A stretch of 35,752 nt of DNA from Synechococcales cyanobacterium VAR_4_metabat_354 (GTDB taxonomy: Bacteria > Cyanobacteriota > Cyanobacteriia > Cyanobacteriales > Chamaesiphonaceae): NCBI GenBank assembly GCA_031414775.1, contig JANOQI010000064.1, forward strand, positions 1 through 35,752, in the 5' to 3' direction. Of the stretch, positions 35,625-35,752 are shown piece after piece (the first letter of the stretch is position 1; every line of letters starts with the position of its first letter). The notes beneath the pieces were generated by a model. The model was not told the DNA's origin, ran no database searches, and saw nothing but the letters and a program-made list of their open reading frames with translations. A program made the translations under genes and the position numbers.

Positions 35625-35752
35625 ATGTTAGAAGCATATCGCCAGCATACAGCCGATCGAGCCGCATTGGGCATTCCCCCATTACCGCTCGATGCCGAAC
35701 AAACCAGTGCCCTCTGCGAACTATTACAGCAGCCACCAGCAGGTGAAGAGGC
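35625..35752 (+). CDS. acnB: Aconitase B, 5' end (runs off the window; not in the ORF track)
   Basis: Manual translation MLEAYRQHTADRAALGIPPLPLDAEQTSALCELLQQPPAGEE; TAAAAT -10 at 35588-35593. Confidence 0.9.
   Translation, partial: MLEAYRQHTADRAALGIPPLPLDAEQTSALCELLQQPPAGEE

Noticed and set aside
1..35752. CRISPR arrays, tRNA or rRNA genes
   Set aside because: I saw no regularly spaced repeats or recognisable RNA gene sequences.

Overview
Cyanobacterial chromosomal window, judged from the dense CGATCG/HIP1-type palindromes and the nirA-ntcB-cnaT gene set. The left end (1-3.9 kb) is an AT-rich, decaying defence patch: nested IS630 remnants inside a type I hsdR stub, a Dam-family methylase + PD-(D/E)XK nuclease + small DUF5710-like ORF operon, and a DUF1778/GNAT toxin-antitoxin pair. 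The middle holds housekeeping and nitrogen genes (pdxH, nirA with NtcA/NtcB boxes, nirB-like, ntcB, cnaT, tgt) and an orphan brxD. At 21.4-27.8 kb, an ECF sigma/ChrR-like cupin anti-sigma pair diverges from a small ORF-DUF4331-secreted protein-TPR-HupE/UreJ operon, with two matching GATCCA-N15-CGTATA promoters. The right end (32.7-35.75 kb) is a toxin-antitoxin island between a truncated acnB 5' copy and a second, divergent acnB start. It contains a duplicated 73-bp leader, a HIP1-bracketed BrnT/BrnA module and a ParE toxin knocked out by a 24-bp insert at a HIP1 core. All family calls come from reading motifs by eye; no database searches were run.
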